Source: Pristiophorus japonicus
Taxonomy: Eukaryota
Assembly (NCBI RefSeq): GCF_044704955.1
Contig: NC_091982.1
Span: forward strand, 166,904,001-166,968,000
DNA: 64,000 nucleotides
Direction: 5' to 3'
This document shows positions 37,897 through 50,954 of this stretch, piece by piece (position 1 is the first letter of the stretch; every line of letters begins with the position of its first letter). Under the pieces are notes generated by a model that was given only the letters and a program-made list of their open reading frames with translations, was not told where the DNA came from and made no database searches. Made by a program: the position numbers and the translations under genes.

Positions 37897-38215
37897 TCAT
37901 TCCGCCATTCACACTCCATCTCGACTCTTTTGTTTCCTAATTTGTGCCATTACTCATCTCATTTTTCCCCATCATCCCTTTTGTCTCTTAAATCACTTCT
38001 GCTTTCCACCCTATCACAGACCTTCCCTTTTGTTCTTTCCTCCCCTCCACCTTTCACTGCCCCAGCACTTCCTTAACAATCTGTTACATCTCAAACTTTC
38101 CCAGTTTTGACGAAGGGTCACTGACCCGAAACATGAACTCTGTTTATCTGACCTGCTGCGATTTCCAGCATTTTTTGCTTTTATTTGATTTCCGCATCCG
38201 CAGTATTTTGCTTTT
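37897..38215 (+). mobile_element. Penelope-like terminal repeat fragment with a degenerate minimal hammerhead motif
   Basis: agtt-tTGACGA-a-gggtc-act-gaccc-GAAAc..aact at 38103-38139; similar to the reverse complement of 33746-33900. Confidence 0.7.
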
Positions 38216-38715
38216 GATAAAAGGTCTCCTTAGTTTGAGAAGAAAGCCGCCTCCAAGGCTTGTCAAGCAATTCATGTCTGCAGTGAGTTGCCCCAACATG
38301 GCACATTATGAATTTTGCTAAATCATAAATCACTGCAAAATTACAGTCATCAATAACATGGCTTGATCCATTAGAGCTGCACAATCTGCAGGAAACCACT
38401 GTCACGTCATTAATCTAACCTTCAATGACCTTAAATATCTGAAAGAAATGTCCTCAAAGCATATGCGTTTGAAAGAAGTAATGAACTTGCAGTTATAGAG
38501 TCCAGTGTTAAAAGAATATCTCCGCCATACCTAAAAAATTAATGACACAACCAGCTTATTCACAAATACAATAGTCTAGCATTTTCAAACTGTGGGTACC
38601 TGTATGGTGAAAGAATCTAGCTTCGAACATTAAGCTTTACCAAAAGGCTACATTTTTTTTCGGCCCATTCTGGATAGTCCATCACTGTGGCCAGCAAAAG
38701 CGGACCATAGCAATG

Positions 38716-39088
38716 TAACAACAACAGTTTACATTTATATACTGCTGTTCATGTGATTCGCAGAAGACAAAAATGCAGCAGCCAATTTGCACGCAGCAAG
38801 CACCCACAAACAGTAGTGTGATAATGACCAGATAATCTGTTTTTTCGTTATGTTGATTGAGGGATAAATATTGGCCAGGACATCGGGGAGAATTCTCCTG
38901 CTTTTCTTCGAAATAGTGGCGTGGGATCTTTTATGTCCACCTGAGAGACCGGACAGGGCCTTGGTTTAACGTCTAATCCGAAAGACAGCACCTCCAACAG
39001 TGCAGGACTCCGTCAGCACTGCACTGGAGTGTCAGGCTAGTTTTTGTGTGTCAAGTCCTCGGAGTGTGGTTTGAACCCACAATCTTCC
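38716..39088 (-). mobile_element. Deu-domain tRNA SINE copy
   Basis: Deu-like core, B-box gtgggttcaaacc, (caa)n tail. Confidence 0.8.
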
Positions 39089-39240
39089 AAGAGCATGGTT
39101 GGAAAGATAAGTTTTGAGTTGCCTTAATAAGCAAAGAAAGAAGTAGCAAAGCAGAAGGACCAATGAAAAATCAATGGAGCCTTTAAGGAATTAAGGCAGC
39201 TGAAAGTTCTGTCACCGGCAGTGAAGTTAAGGGAGACCAG

Positions 39241-40031
39241 GGGGCCAAAATTCACTTGCGCAAGAAAGCTGGTGCACCTATGAATTTTTACCTGCTTTTA
39301 CCGCAGGGATTCATGACGCGGCCATATGAGTGATTTTCAGGTAATTTAAATGTTTTCAAAGTCCCAATGGAAGTCGTCATAATGGGGGCGGGGGATCGAC
39401 AGGAAGGCAGGCTGAGGGGCTGAATGTGGGTCAGGACCGGGACTCCGCTGTTGTCAATCAGTGGTGGGGTAGTGGTAACGTCACAGCGTGTGTGCGTCAC
39501 CACGCTCTTTCCCCTCCGTTAAAGAGAGAATCAGTCATGTTAAATCTTCGGCCACGAGGCCACCAAGGAGGGTTTCGACCAGGCCAGCGGTTTGGTACCC
39601 AAGAGTGGGTGCCAGAACCCGTGGGCACTATCCTCCCGGCCGATCAGGAAGTCGGCCGGCAAAAATAAATACATGGCAGTTGCAGCAGTGGGCCCTCCCC
39701 ATGAAGGGCCGTCGCGTTGCCGGGCCGCACACATTCCGGATAAGGTACACTGACAGAAAAAGCTGTCGGGGGCACCGCGCAGCTGAGCATCGATTTTTTT
39801 TACTTGAATTTCGGTTGGTACATTTCTCAGGTGAGAGAAAGTACGCATTCTGTTGATGTGCTTGTGGTGGTCATCAGCATCAGGCGGTATCGGGTCCAGG
39901 CCGAAAAATCCCTGACCTGAATTTGGGTCGGATCGGTCAGTTGACCACAAAGTAGCAGCCATGGGATTCCGATGAGTGGCTGCTACAAACGGGCAGTAAC
40001 GGGTCTTTCTGAGACCCTGAATTTCAGCCCC
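39241..40031. mobile_element. PIF/Harbinger-type MITE
   Basis: TIRs ggggccaaaattca / tgaatttcagcccc; perfect 3-bp TSD CAG. Confidence 0.88.
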
Positions 40032-40544
40032 CAGAGTCAGAGGACTGAGGGGTTTAGATAGAAATGGGCAGGAGGCGATTGCATAAAAACGGAAGGCCAT
40101 TGAGGATGAGGATTTGGTGTACAATGTATTAGGGAACAGGAAGCCAATGGATGGCAGCTAAAGGTAACTGGCGAGTGGGACTTGGTGCACGACTAGTTGC
40201 TGAATTTTGCTCTTGTGCACAAGACAAGTACTAGCATCGGGCAGTCCCAACATTGCTGTTCTGTATTTTGATTTTTCTCAGATATGCAGTATAGCAAAAA
40301 TACATTTGCCTCGGATCTAAGGTGAAACAACTCCTCCACTCGCTGGTACTTCAGCACTACACTGCTGAACCAATGATTCATCCTTCCCATCCACCTCTCC
40401 TTGCCAATTAGGATTCCAACTTTGGAAATGGGTTTTGCCCATCAACACGCACTCTCACACCACTTACCAGATTTTGGGTTGGTAAGTATATGCATAAAAT
40501 TAATGTGCACAATACAGGTTAGCAAAGTCTCGTGATTATCTACT

Positions 40545-41000
40545 CATCATCATCATTGGCAGTCCTTCGGAATTGAGGAAGACTTGCTTCCGCTCTTAAA
40601 ATGAGTCCTTAGGTGGCTGAACAGTCCAATACGAGAACCACAGCCCCTGTCACAGATAGGACGGATAGTTGTTGAGGGTAAAGGAGGGTGGGACTAGTTT
40701 GCCGCACGCTCTTTCCGCTGCCTGCGCTTGATTTCTGCATGCTCTCGACGATGAGACTCGATGTGCTCGGCGCCCTTCCTCCACTTAGGGTGGTCTTTGA
40801 CCAAGGACTCCCAGGTGTCGGTGGGGATGTTGTACTTTTTCAGGGAGCCTTTGAAGGTGTCCTTGTAATGTTTCCTCTGCCCACCTTTGGCTCGTTTGTC
40901 TTGAAGGAGTTCCAAGTAGAGCGCTTGCTTTGGGAGTCTCCTGTCTGACATGCGGACAATGTGGCCTGCCCAGCGGAGCTGATCAAGTGTGGTCAGTGCT
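40545..41000 (-). mobile_element. 5'-truncated RTE-clade LINE
   Basis: QLRWAGHIVRMSDRRLPKQALY; (cat)n tail; TSD tctact at 40539-40544 and 41001-41006. Confidence 0.9.
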
Positions 41001-42040
41001 TCTACTAAACATCTCCTGTAACACTGCATTCGTAACGACAAGTTTAGCGTCTATGGAAAGCGGTTTTGGCTTCATACCTATTCTAAACTTGTGGCGTGTA
41101 AATCAGGCATCAAAGTGCAAAGTGACTGTAAGTGAAGAGGAGCAAGACTCTTTCCTCAAGCACTCTCATTCCTCTTCTGTCCCAGTGTCAGGTCTGGCTT
41201 CAGTCTGAATTTACACTATAACTGCATTGTCAGTGTTCAGTGAAATCTCTCGACAGTATTGCTACAATTATGATGTGAATGGAACTTTACTCTGTCCATC
41301 AAACTATACTTGGTTCTGAGTTCTCAAATATCAAGGTTCTTCCTCCTCTTTCTTATTTCTCTCACTCAGACCTTTTTAACCTATTCATGAATCTTTGGAT
41401 GGTCTCCCTGAAATAAAACTGTACCTATCACTATGCATCATCTAAACGCATTAAGAAAGGAAGAAAGACTTGCATTTGGCTGGCAGCTTTCACGACCTCA
41501 GCCAATGAGATACTTTTGCAATGCAGTCACTGTTGTAGGAAACGCAGCAGGCAATTTGGGCTCAGCAAGTTCTCACAAACATCAATTTGATAATGACTTG
41601 TTTTGCTAGTGATGATGGTTGTGTTCATACTCTATTTACTTGTTATAGCTTGCTAGCTGGGCATTAGGACCCTGCGGGAGCTATTCACAAGTGCGGTATT
41701 CATTCTGGTTCATGCCGGTTTGGGAACTCCATTTTGGGTTGTTAAAAGCTCAGTTAAGTTAAGTTACTTTACTCCTGGCTCAGTTTATCAGTTACTTACA
41801 CGTACACAACATAATTTGGTGACGAGGATGAATCAAATTAACCTCCTAACCCCCCCACCCCCCCCGCCTTTCCCCTTCACACCTGAGGACCCACCAATTC
41901 AGTGGCCAAGATGGATAAAAAGCTTTTCTACGTACATCATGGTAAGTGAGTTAGATGGTGACAACATAACACCAGTTCGCCGCCATGCGATACTTATCCA
42001 CTGCCTCGGCACCGAAGGCTAACGCATCTTTGGCCAAATT

Positions 42041-43571
42041 GAAAACATAGAAACATAGAAACATTGAAACATTGTAAATAGGTGCAGGAGCAGGCCATTC
42101 GGCCCTTCGAGCCTGCACCACCATTCAATAAGATCATGGTTGATCATTCACCTCAGTACCCCTTTCCTGCTTTCTCTCCATACCCCTTGATCCCTTTAGC
42201 CGTAAGGGCCATATCTAACTCCCTCTTGAATATATCCAATGAACTGGCATCAACAACTCTCTGTGGTACAGAATACCCCAGGTTAACAATTCTCTGTGTG
42301 AAGAAGTTTCTCCTCATCTCCATCCTAAATGGCTTACCCCTTACCCTTAGACTGTGACCCCTGGTTCTGGACTTCCCCAACATCAGGAACATTCTTCCTG
42401 CATCTAACCTGTCCAGTCCCGTCAGAATTTTATATGTTTCTAGAGATCCCCTCTCATTCTTCTAAACTCCAGAGAATACAGGCCCAGTCGATCCAGTCTC
42501 TCCTCATATGTCAGTCCTGCCATCCCTGGAATCAGTCTGGTGAACCTTCGCTGCACTCCTTCAATAGCAAGAACGTCCTTCCTCAGATTAGGAGACCAAA
42601 ACTGAATACAATATTCCAGGTGAGGCCTCACCAAGTCCCTGTACAACTGCAGTAAGACCTCCCTGCTCCTATACACAAATCCCCTAGCTATGAAGGCAAA
42701 CATGCCATTTGTCTTCTTCACCACCTGCTGGACCTGCATGCCAACTTTCAATGACTGATGAACTATGACACCCAAGTCTCGTTGCACCTCCCCTTTTCCT
42801 AATCTGCCGCCATTCAGATAATATTCTGCCTTTGTGTTTTTGCCACCAAAGTGGATAACCTCACATTTATCCACATTATACTGCATCTGCCATGCATTTG
42901 CCCACTCACCTAACCTGTCCAAATCACCCTGCAGCCTCTTAGCATCCTCCTCACAGCTCACACTGCCACCCAGTTTAGTGTCATCTGCAAACTTGGAGAT
43001 ATTACACTCAATTCCTTCATCCAAATCATTAATGTATACTGTAAAGAGCTGGGGTCCCAGCACTGAGCCCTGCGGCACTCCACTAGTCACTGCCTCCCAT
43101 TCCGAAAAGGACCCGTTTATCCCAACTCTCTGCTTCCTGTCTGCCAACCAATTCTCTATCCACGTCAGTATATTACCCCCAATACCATGTACTTTAATTT
43201 TGCACACCAATCTCTTATGTGGGACCTTGTCAAAGGCCTTTTGAAAGTCCAAATACACCACATCCACTGATTCTCCCTTGTCCACTCTACTAGTTACATC
43301 CTCAAAAATTTCCAGAAGATTTGTCAAGTATGATTTCCCTTTCATAAATCCATGCTGGCTTGGATCGATCCTGTCACTGCTTTCCAAATGCGCTGCTATT
43401 TCATCTTTAATAATTGAATCCAACATTTTCCCCACTACTGATGTCAGGTACCAACATTTTCCCCACTACTGATGTCAGGTACCAATATTTTCCCCACTAC
43501 TGATGTCAGGTACCAACATTTTCCCCACTACTGATGTCAGGTACCAACATTTTCCCCACTACTGATGTCAG
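42041..43571 (-). mobile_element. 5'-truncated CR1 LINE with an open 331-aa RT segment, inserted in Gypsy gag
   Basis: ORF 42440-43435 with [19 protein letters not shown] and FADDTK; (gaaacat)n tail. Confidence 0.96.
43420..43571. repeat. 31-bp tandem repeat, ~4.9 copies, at the CR1 5' junction
   Basis: Unit ccaacattttccccactactgatgtcaggta starting at 43420, 43451, 43482, 43513 and 43544. Confidence 0.97.
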
Positions 43572-46500
43572 ACACAGAGGCCTACAACAAAACGGTAAGT
43601 GCCTATTTTGGACCAAAGAAAAGTATCGTCAAAGGGGGCAAGGGAATGGTGAACCAATCAAACAGTATATAATTTCATTAACTGAACTGGCTGCTATGTG
43701 TAACTTTGGACCACCCACAGAGGAAATGATCATGGATCAAATGATTGAGAAAACAACGATCCCCCGCATTCGGGAACACTTGCTAATGGAGGATGACAAA
43801 TGACCTTTGGATAAAGCAACTAATTTGGCCATCCAAATCGATTCAGCATTTTCCGATTCAAAAGCGATTAGATCCCCTGCTCCCCCTGTGCAGCAAAATG
43901 CAGCTACAGCCCATGTGCAAGGCGTTTATCCAAAGCAGAAATTACAGCAGAGACATAGGGCTAGTAATAAGCCATCCACTACGGATCGCGGGCCCAAATT
44001 CCACTGCTTTAACTGTGGGGACAAATCACACTCAGCAAAGAGTCCTAACTGCCCTGCACGTGGGAAGAAATGCTCTGCATCTGGTAAAATAAGCCATTTT
44101 GCTAGTGTCTGTCGCTCATCGCAGCATATTCGACATATGGACAACCCCGATAGTGATGAACCCAGTATGGTTTACACTATTAGTGACATTTCGCACATCA
44201 GTTCGGGCAAATTCAAGGACTGTGAGGTAAACACTGATGGCATTCCCATTTACCTCCTCATTGACCTTGGAGCCAAAGTCTCCATATTGAGCGAGGCTGT
44301 GTACAAAACCCACTTCATGCACTGACAACTGCAGCCCGCAACTTCCACTCTACATGCGTACTCCAACTCCAAAATTGTGGTACTTGGGGCCGTATCTGTC
44401 CCGATATACTACAAGGACATAACATTGGAGAACTTTTCATTTTATGTCGTGAACGGACGAAGCTTTGTGGTTGTTGACCTTTTGACAAGCTTGGGTTCAA
44501 AGTTTAAGACCCAACTGGCACACCTATGTACACAGTGGATTTTAATAAGCAGTATCCCTCAATCTTCACAGGGTTTGATGTGACAACAACATTCTTCCAT
44601 CGTCCCCGCGTTGACCCTTCCATCAAACGGTTACGCAGCGACTTCGCCGTCTCCCACTCACAGTTCGCGACCAATATCCGCAAAATTAACGCGACTCGAA
44701 TCTCAGGAAATCATTGAGAGCATCGACTCCTCACCCTGGATCTTGAACTAAGTCATTGCTTGGCGTCAAAATGGGGAGATCCGCCTATGCATCAACCTGA
44801 AAGAGATCAACAAGGCCATCATCCCCAACAAGTACCCTCTTCCTACCATTGACGAACTATCTTCAGAATTCCACAGCTCAACAGTTTTTACGAAACTCGA
44901 CATACGCCACAGTTATCTGCAAATACCCCTAGCGGAGGACAGCAAACGGCTTACGGCATTCACGACGCATGATGGTCTGTATCAGTATCAATGCATGCAC
45001 TACGGATTATCTTCTGCACTAAGTGCATTTCAGAAGATTGTCACTACTATGCTAGCAGGTATGGAGGGAGCCCTCAATCTGCTTGACAATATCGTCGTCC
45101 ATGGACGGACAATGGAAGAACATGATCAATGACTTCATGCAGTTATGTCTAGATTTGCTACATATAACATTACACTTAATGCCGCTAAGTATACATTCGC
45201 TGCTGGAGAAATAAACTTTCTGTGCTACAGAATCACAGCACGACGCTTGACAACATTGATGTGATCCAATGAATGCAGGAGGCTACCAACGTCAAAGAAC
45301 TTTCATCATTCTTTAGCACTTGCAACTTCTATCTGAAGTTCGTCTCGCACTACGCATACATTGCTGAACCACTTCGCAAGCTGCTGCGTAAGGATGTCTC
45401 TTGGGAATGGACAGAATCCCAGGCTCAGGCATTCACCACGCTTAGAGAAAATCACATCCCCTCCGATCCTCGCGCACCTTGATCCAAATGCCACGATGTA
45501 CGTCACCACGGATGCATCAGGCACCGCCATGAGTACTGTGCTCTCGCAATGGATTGACGACATGGAACGCTCAGTCACCTTTGCCTCTCATCAGTATAAC
45601 TTTGATGTACAGTACATCACTGGCAGTTGCAACCTCGTAGCTGACATGCTCAGCTGCTCAACACCGGTTTCGGACTCTGGTGCTGACTTGTTCACAGATG
45701 ACGACACATATGTCACGTCGATCATCACTCATTTCATCAGAAACCTTGTCTCCTGCGACGAACTCAAAACCGAATCACAGAGTGATGCTACGCTCCAGCA
45801 CTGAGTGGCCTAAGCAAATTCCGGAAGAGCTGAAAACCTTCCACAGACTTCACGATGAATTTTCCGTTTAGAATGATAGCTGCCTAGCTCGTGGTGACAG
45901 AGCAATAATTTCCAAGTCACTACAACGGCGCGTTCTCTCATTGGCACACAGTGGACACCCTGACATTGTTCACATGAAGCAGAGATTTCACGATTCAGTA
46001 TGGTGGCCTAGGATTGACTCTCGCATCAAGGAGTTTGTCTCACACTGCGAAGCATGCAGTCTGAGCAAAAAGGCCACAAACATCCAACCAGCGCCAATGA
46101 AGCCCATTCCATGGCTTGCAACAATTTCAGTTGGATATCTTGGGTCCAATTGAAGCAGCTCCCTTTCACCAGCATTTCCTTGTTGTCGTACATGACCTGC
46201 ATTCCAAATGGTCAAAAGTCGCTACAATTCAGTGATCTCATTAACGATCGTCACTATTCTGCAGCATATGTTCATGAGGTGGGGCCTCCCAGAGGTCATA
46301 ATCACTGACAATGGACCACTGTTTGTGTCCAACCAGTTCGCGGAGTTCCTCACTCGTCATGATATCGAGCATCGCCTTACTGCTCGGTCCAATCCTCAAA
46401 ATAATGGAGGTGTTGAGTGATTTATCCGCGTCATCAAAGAGGGTTTGAAAGCCAACCTCACAGCAGGCCAAACATTCGACGAAGCGGTCCGAACCATTCA

Positions 46501-47615
46501 CCGCACATATCGTTTGACAAAGCACTCACTAATGGGAAGCCACCCGCTGACTCATGATTGGGTGTAATCTTCACTGACTACTGGACATTCTCAAATCCCC
46601 AGCCAAACCTAGCGCAAGGAGACCAGCAGGATGGAACAGAGGCACTATTCTGCTTCTAAACCAAAACCTAGATCAAACACCGCAAGCTCCACGCTGGTGT
46701 CAGCATATCAGAACACGACCTGGCTATCTCAAGGATTTTGTCTGTACATAGATCATGGTTTTAAGAAGGAGGGATATATGTCGTGTTCATACTCTATTTA
46801 TTTGTTGCAGATCACTAGATGGGCATTAGGACCCTGCGGGAGCTATTCACAAGTGCTGTATTCAGTCTGGCTTATGCTGGTTTCGGGATTCCATTTTGGG
46901 TTTTATCAAAGCACAGTTAAGTTACTTTTCTCCTGGCTCAGTTTGTCAGTTATTTACGTGTACATAACAATGATGGTTGAGGGATAATTATTGGCCAGGA
47001 TACCGGGGAGAATTCCCCTGCTTTTCTTTGAATAGTGCATAGGGATCTTTTACATCCATCTGAGAGAGCAGACAGGGTTTATTTCGATTTAATGTCTCAT
47101 CCGAAAGATGGAACCTACGTCAGTGCAGTGAATTAACCTACTAATCCATTGCTTGTTTCATTTGTGCTTATTTTTCTTGGGTTTACAGTTATTTTGTAAA
47201 CTTAACATTATCATTTCTAAGTGTTTCATTTTTCCTCAACTAAGTTATCTTAAAGCAGAGTTTCTCAGCTGATTTTGTTTAGTTAATTCCATTGAAGATT
47301 GCCTTTTTAAACCAGATAGATTTGTACCTGCTTCGTATCGGTGATGATATAAGCATAATTAAATTGTAGTCACCAGTTGCTAGTGCTGCTATTCTGAAAA
47401 CTAGTAAAAGTAAGAGCAGGGTGCAGGTTCTCCCTGGTGGGATTGTTAATTAATTAAAAGCAATCTTGCACCACATGTACTGGTTCTAATTCTGCTGCCT
47501 CACTTCTGTTTGGATGGTCCTGGTTTACACTGGGCTGGTGACTGATTATTACTGTTTCTACATACTCTTCTCATCTCCTCCTATATGTCATCATTCTTAT
47601 GCTGTTATAGACCAT

Positions 47616-48210
47616 GGAGCGGATTTTTGGGTCTTCTGCGCTCCGTTTTTCACCCTGGAGTGGCAGCAATGGTGGCAGAGAGGTGTTTTTGTTGGGCGGT
47701 CAGCCTCCAGCACCCCACAGGGATCCTCGGATCCAATTTTGCGGCGGTGCAGAGCAGCACCGCCCGAAAGAGCTACACCAGTGTGCAACACCCCTGGTTG
47801 CGACACCTGGTTGCGAGTTTTGACTTCAGCCCGACCCGTGTGCCCCAAAGCGTGCCCCATTGTGAACGCCTGTGAAATCCAGTGGTGCAACAATACCAGC
47901 TGCAGAGAGGTAAGTAATGGGCTCCTAAGGTAAATGTGATTGTTTTTTCTTTTATTTTTTTTTGTGATTTATGTTGTGGTGGCGTGGGCAATGTTTTGAG
48001 AATGTTTTTGTGGGTTTTTTTTGGGGGGGAAGGGGTTTTCTCCCCAGGCGTCTCTCGGAGTGTTCCCGGCCCAGCTCTTTAGCTTGGGAGTTTCCCATGT
48101 TAGTGAACAAGACAGGTGTACAACGACTCAGACTCAGGGCTCAGCTGCCCAAACTTTACCGCCCCGCCACCATTACTGCCCCGAAATCATCAAAGCCGAA
48201 AATCCAGCCC
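47616..48210. mobile_element. PIF/Harbinger-like MITE
   Basis: TIRs ggagcggatttttgg / ccgaaaatccagccc; AT on both flanks; similar to 50955-51592. Confidence 0.75.
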
Positions 48211-48420
48211 ATGACATTATTTTTAATTTTGTCTCTTTGTTATCTTATCGGATTGTATTATTTCCTTTTCTGTCATACCCTTGCATATCTGTACACTTTC
48301 CTTAAGTTCCAAATTTTCCTGAGCATGGCAATCTATTCTCTCCCCCTCTCCAGTAATTTGTACCTTTCCAGAACATCAGTGCTCACTTCCATGTTCTGAA
48401 CCATGTTTCTGTGACTCTAT

Positions 48421-49859
48421 GGGGTCAAGTTTCGGCCTGAGTTGCTCCTATTTTTTTGGAGCAACTAGTTTAGAATGGAGTATCTTAGAAATTGCAATTC
48501 TCGGCATTTAGTTTGCTCCAGTTCTAGTGAGTTAGAACAGTTTCATTTTAGAACAGATTTTTTTTAAAGGGGGCATGTCCTGCCACTTACGCCTGTTTTG
48601 CAAGTTTAGGCAGCAAAAACTTACTCCAAACTAACTTAGAATGGAGTAAGTGTAGATTTTTGTACGCTTAGAAAAACCTTGCCTACACTTAGAAAATCAG
48701 GCGTAAGGAAGGGAGATGGCAGGGGGGGGGGGGGGAGGGGGGGTTTACAAACATGAAACACATCATTTTTACAAATAAAGAGCCATCGTCAATAATGAAT
48801 TCTAAATAAATCAATAAATCAACCAATAAATCAATCAAAAAAAAATTAAAAAATTAAAAATTAAAAAATCATTAAATAAAAAATTAAGTTTCTACTCACC
48901 AACTGCAACACACGGGAGCCCTCCAACAGCGGGCTGGGACAAGGCCCACCTCCCCGCCCCCAGTGTATCTCTCCCTCTGTCTGTCAGTGTCTCTGTGTTT
49001 CTGACAGCGAGGGGTGGGGGGAGTGGGAGAGGAAGGGGGAGAGGAGGGGGAGAGAAGGGGGAGGGGGGAGGGAGAGGGGGAGGGAGAGGGGGAGGGAGAG
49101 GAGGGGGAGGGAGGAGAGGGAGGGGGGAAGAGGAGAGGGAGGGAGGGAGGAGAAGGAGGGAGGGGGGAGAGGAGAGAGAGGGGGAGGAGAGAGAGGGAGG
49201 AAGGGGGGAGACTGAACGGGCCCGACTGACTGACAAGAGGAAGCCGGGCCGAAGACTTCGGCCCCCGGCAAGATGCCAGGCAGGCGGACACCGCTGAAGA
49301 CGTGGGGGGGGGGAAGCGAACCAGACCGGACCTGAAGGGGGGGGTGGGGGGAGCTGGAGCGGAGTGGGAGCTGTACCCGGGGGTGGGCGGACAGGAGAGA
49401 GCTGGACTGGGAGCAGGAGCTGAACGGGGGAGGGGCGGGAGAGAGCTGGACCGGGAGCGGGAGCTGAACGGGGGGGGAGGGGGAGGCGGGGGAGCGGGGG
49501 AAGCCGGAGCAGGAGCTGAAGAGGAGGGAGGTCCATTCCGATCTTTGACGCCCCAGTGAGCCCATTCGGCCAGGGCTAGGGGCGGTGTGCTTCGGGCCCC
49601 TCCCACACAGCCTCGGGTGCCTGCAGCTACTGCACATGCGTGCACACTCTAGCGCGCATGTGCAGAGGTCCCAGCACTGTTTTCAGCACCGGGACCTGGC
49701 TCCGCCCCCCCACAGCTTGAGCTGCACTGCGCTGAGGGCCTGGAACGTTCCAGCAGCGGGGAGAATACCGAAGTAAGTTTTAAGCGCAGTTTTGAGCGCG
49801 GAAATCAGGCGTGGCTCGCAGGACTGCGCCGTTCTATGCGCGGCCCGAAATTTGACCCC
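48421..49859. mobile_element. PIF/Harbinger-like MITE with an internal G/A-rich expansion
   Basis: TIRs ggggtcaagtttcgg / ccgaaatttgacccc; AT on both flanks; homologous to 13455-14503. Confidence 0.9.
49025..49211. repeat. Pure polypurine (G/A) tract
   Basis: About 185 nt made only of G and A. Confidence 0.9.
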
Positions 49860-50230
49860 ATAGATTCAAGAATCTTACAGCACAGAAGGAGGCTGTTTGG
49901 CTCACCATGTCTGTACCAGCTCTCTGTAAGAGCTACCAATTAGTCCCACTCCCCTGCTCTTTTCCATAGCCCTGCAATTTCTTTTTCCTTTTTAAGTATC
50001 CAATTCTCTGTGGAAAGTTACTATTATCCCGATAATGATGTGAGTGCCTGCTGGTAAATATGGCTATAATTCAAATATTTTACTCCAAATGTGTCTTTCG
50101 TTGAGGTATTGGCAGTTAGTTGAAGGGTATACTTTTAAGTCCTGATCCATAAATAGTCTAATTTGTTGCAATTTCAGTTGTACTTACTGCACTTGGTATC
50201 CATAGAATATGCCTCATCATATGTCTCATC

Positions 50231-50412
50231 GTCGTTCGATATATTCAAAAGGGAGTTAGATGTGGCCCTTATGACTAAAGGGATCAAGGGGTATGGGGAG
50301 AAAGCAGGAATGGGGTACTGAAGTGCATGATCAGCCATGATCTTATTGAATGGTGGTGCAGGCTCGAAGGGCCGAATGGCCTACTCCTGCACCTATTTTC
50401 TATGTTTCTATG
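50231..50412 (+). mobile_element. CR1 3' tail fragment
   Basis: Reverse complement of the tails at 6901 and 42041; ends in ttctatgtttctatg. Confidence 0.88.
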
Positions 50413-50954
50413 TCAGAGGAAGATTAAACAAGCTATCGTGTCTTTTCACTCTCGTCATATAACGGACAAGATCTCGCTCCCTGTTATCTGCCTCATTAAA
50501 GTCCACCTCACAGTGATGGGCGAGGAATCTGTGCAGCAAGTTTATTGAAATGAACACCGATCTGCTGTGACTTCTGCCATTGTTAAGATGTCATCCTGAG
50601 ATATCGTTGGCACATGGGAGAACGCTGCTTGCGCTGCCACATGTCCTGCAGGATCTCCACAGAATATTCAAACCCCTGATGACTTTGCTGTCCAGAACTG
50701 TCACGACCAAAAAAAAAACAACCTATGCAGGTGTCAGAAGAAATAATTTGACATGTTTATCCAGTTTCATTTTTTTTGCATTGATTCTCAAAACGTTGTG
50801 GGTGTTGAGTAATGAGACTCACAAAGACTTTTTATTTTTATGCATAATATAAAAAGATGAAGTCATAAATTGCAGGTAGTAATGTACCTGTAAAAATGCT
50901 TTGTTCTAATTGTAAAATTGAGTTGATTTGGGTCCAAAATATATAAGTTTCAAA

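Larger units (their letters stand above)
41617..46969 (+). mobile_element. Older, decayed Gypsy/Ty3 LTR retrotransposon with a nested CR1
   Basis: LTRs 41617-41811 and 46779-46969; PBS tggtgacgagg; PPT aagaaggaggga; TSD ATGAT (or ATGA); CFNCG..H / C...GK..HF..VC, IDLGA, TDAS and TDNG motifs with many stops. Confidence 0.92.
41466..47130 (-). mobile_element. Deu-domain SINE split by the Gypsy insertion (pieces 41466-41616 and 46970-47130)
   Basis: Halves rejoin as agtgatgatggttgagggata, as in the other copies. Confidence 0.75.

Noticed and set aside
43420-43571. CRISPR-like 31-bp direct repeats
   Set aside because: Head-to-tail with no spacers, derived from CR1 sequence, eukaryotic context, and no cas genes
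48892-49645. Long Pro/Ser- or Gly/Glu-rich ORFs
   Set aside because: Products of low-complexity G/A sequence inside a MITE, open in several frames
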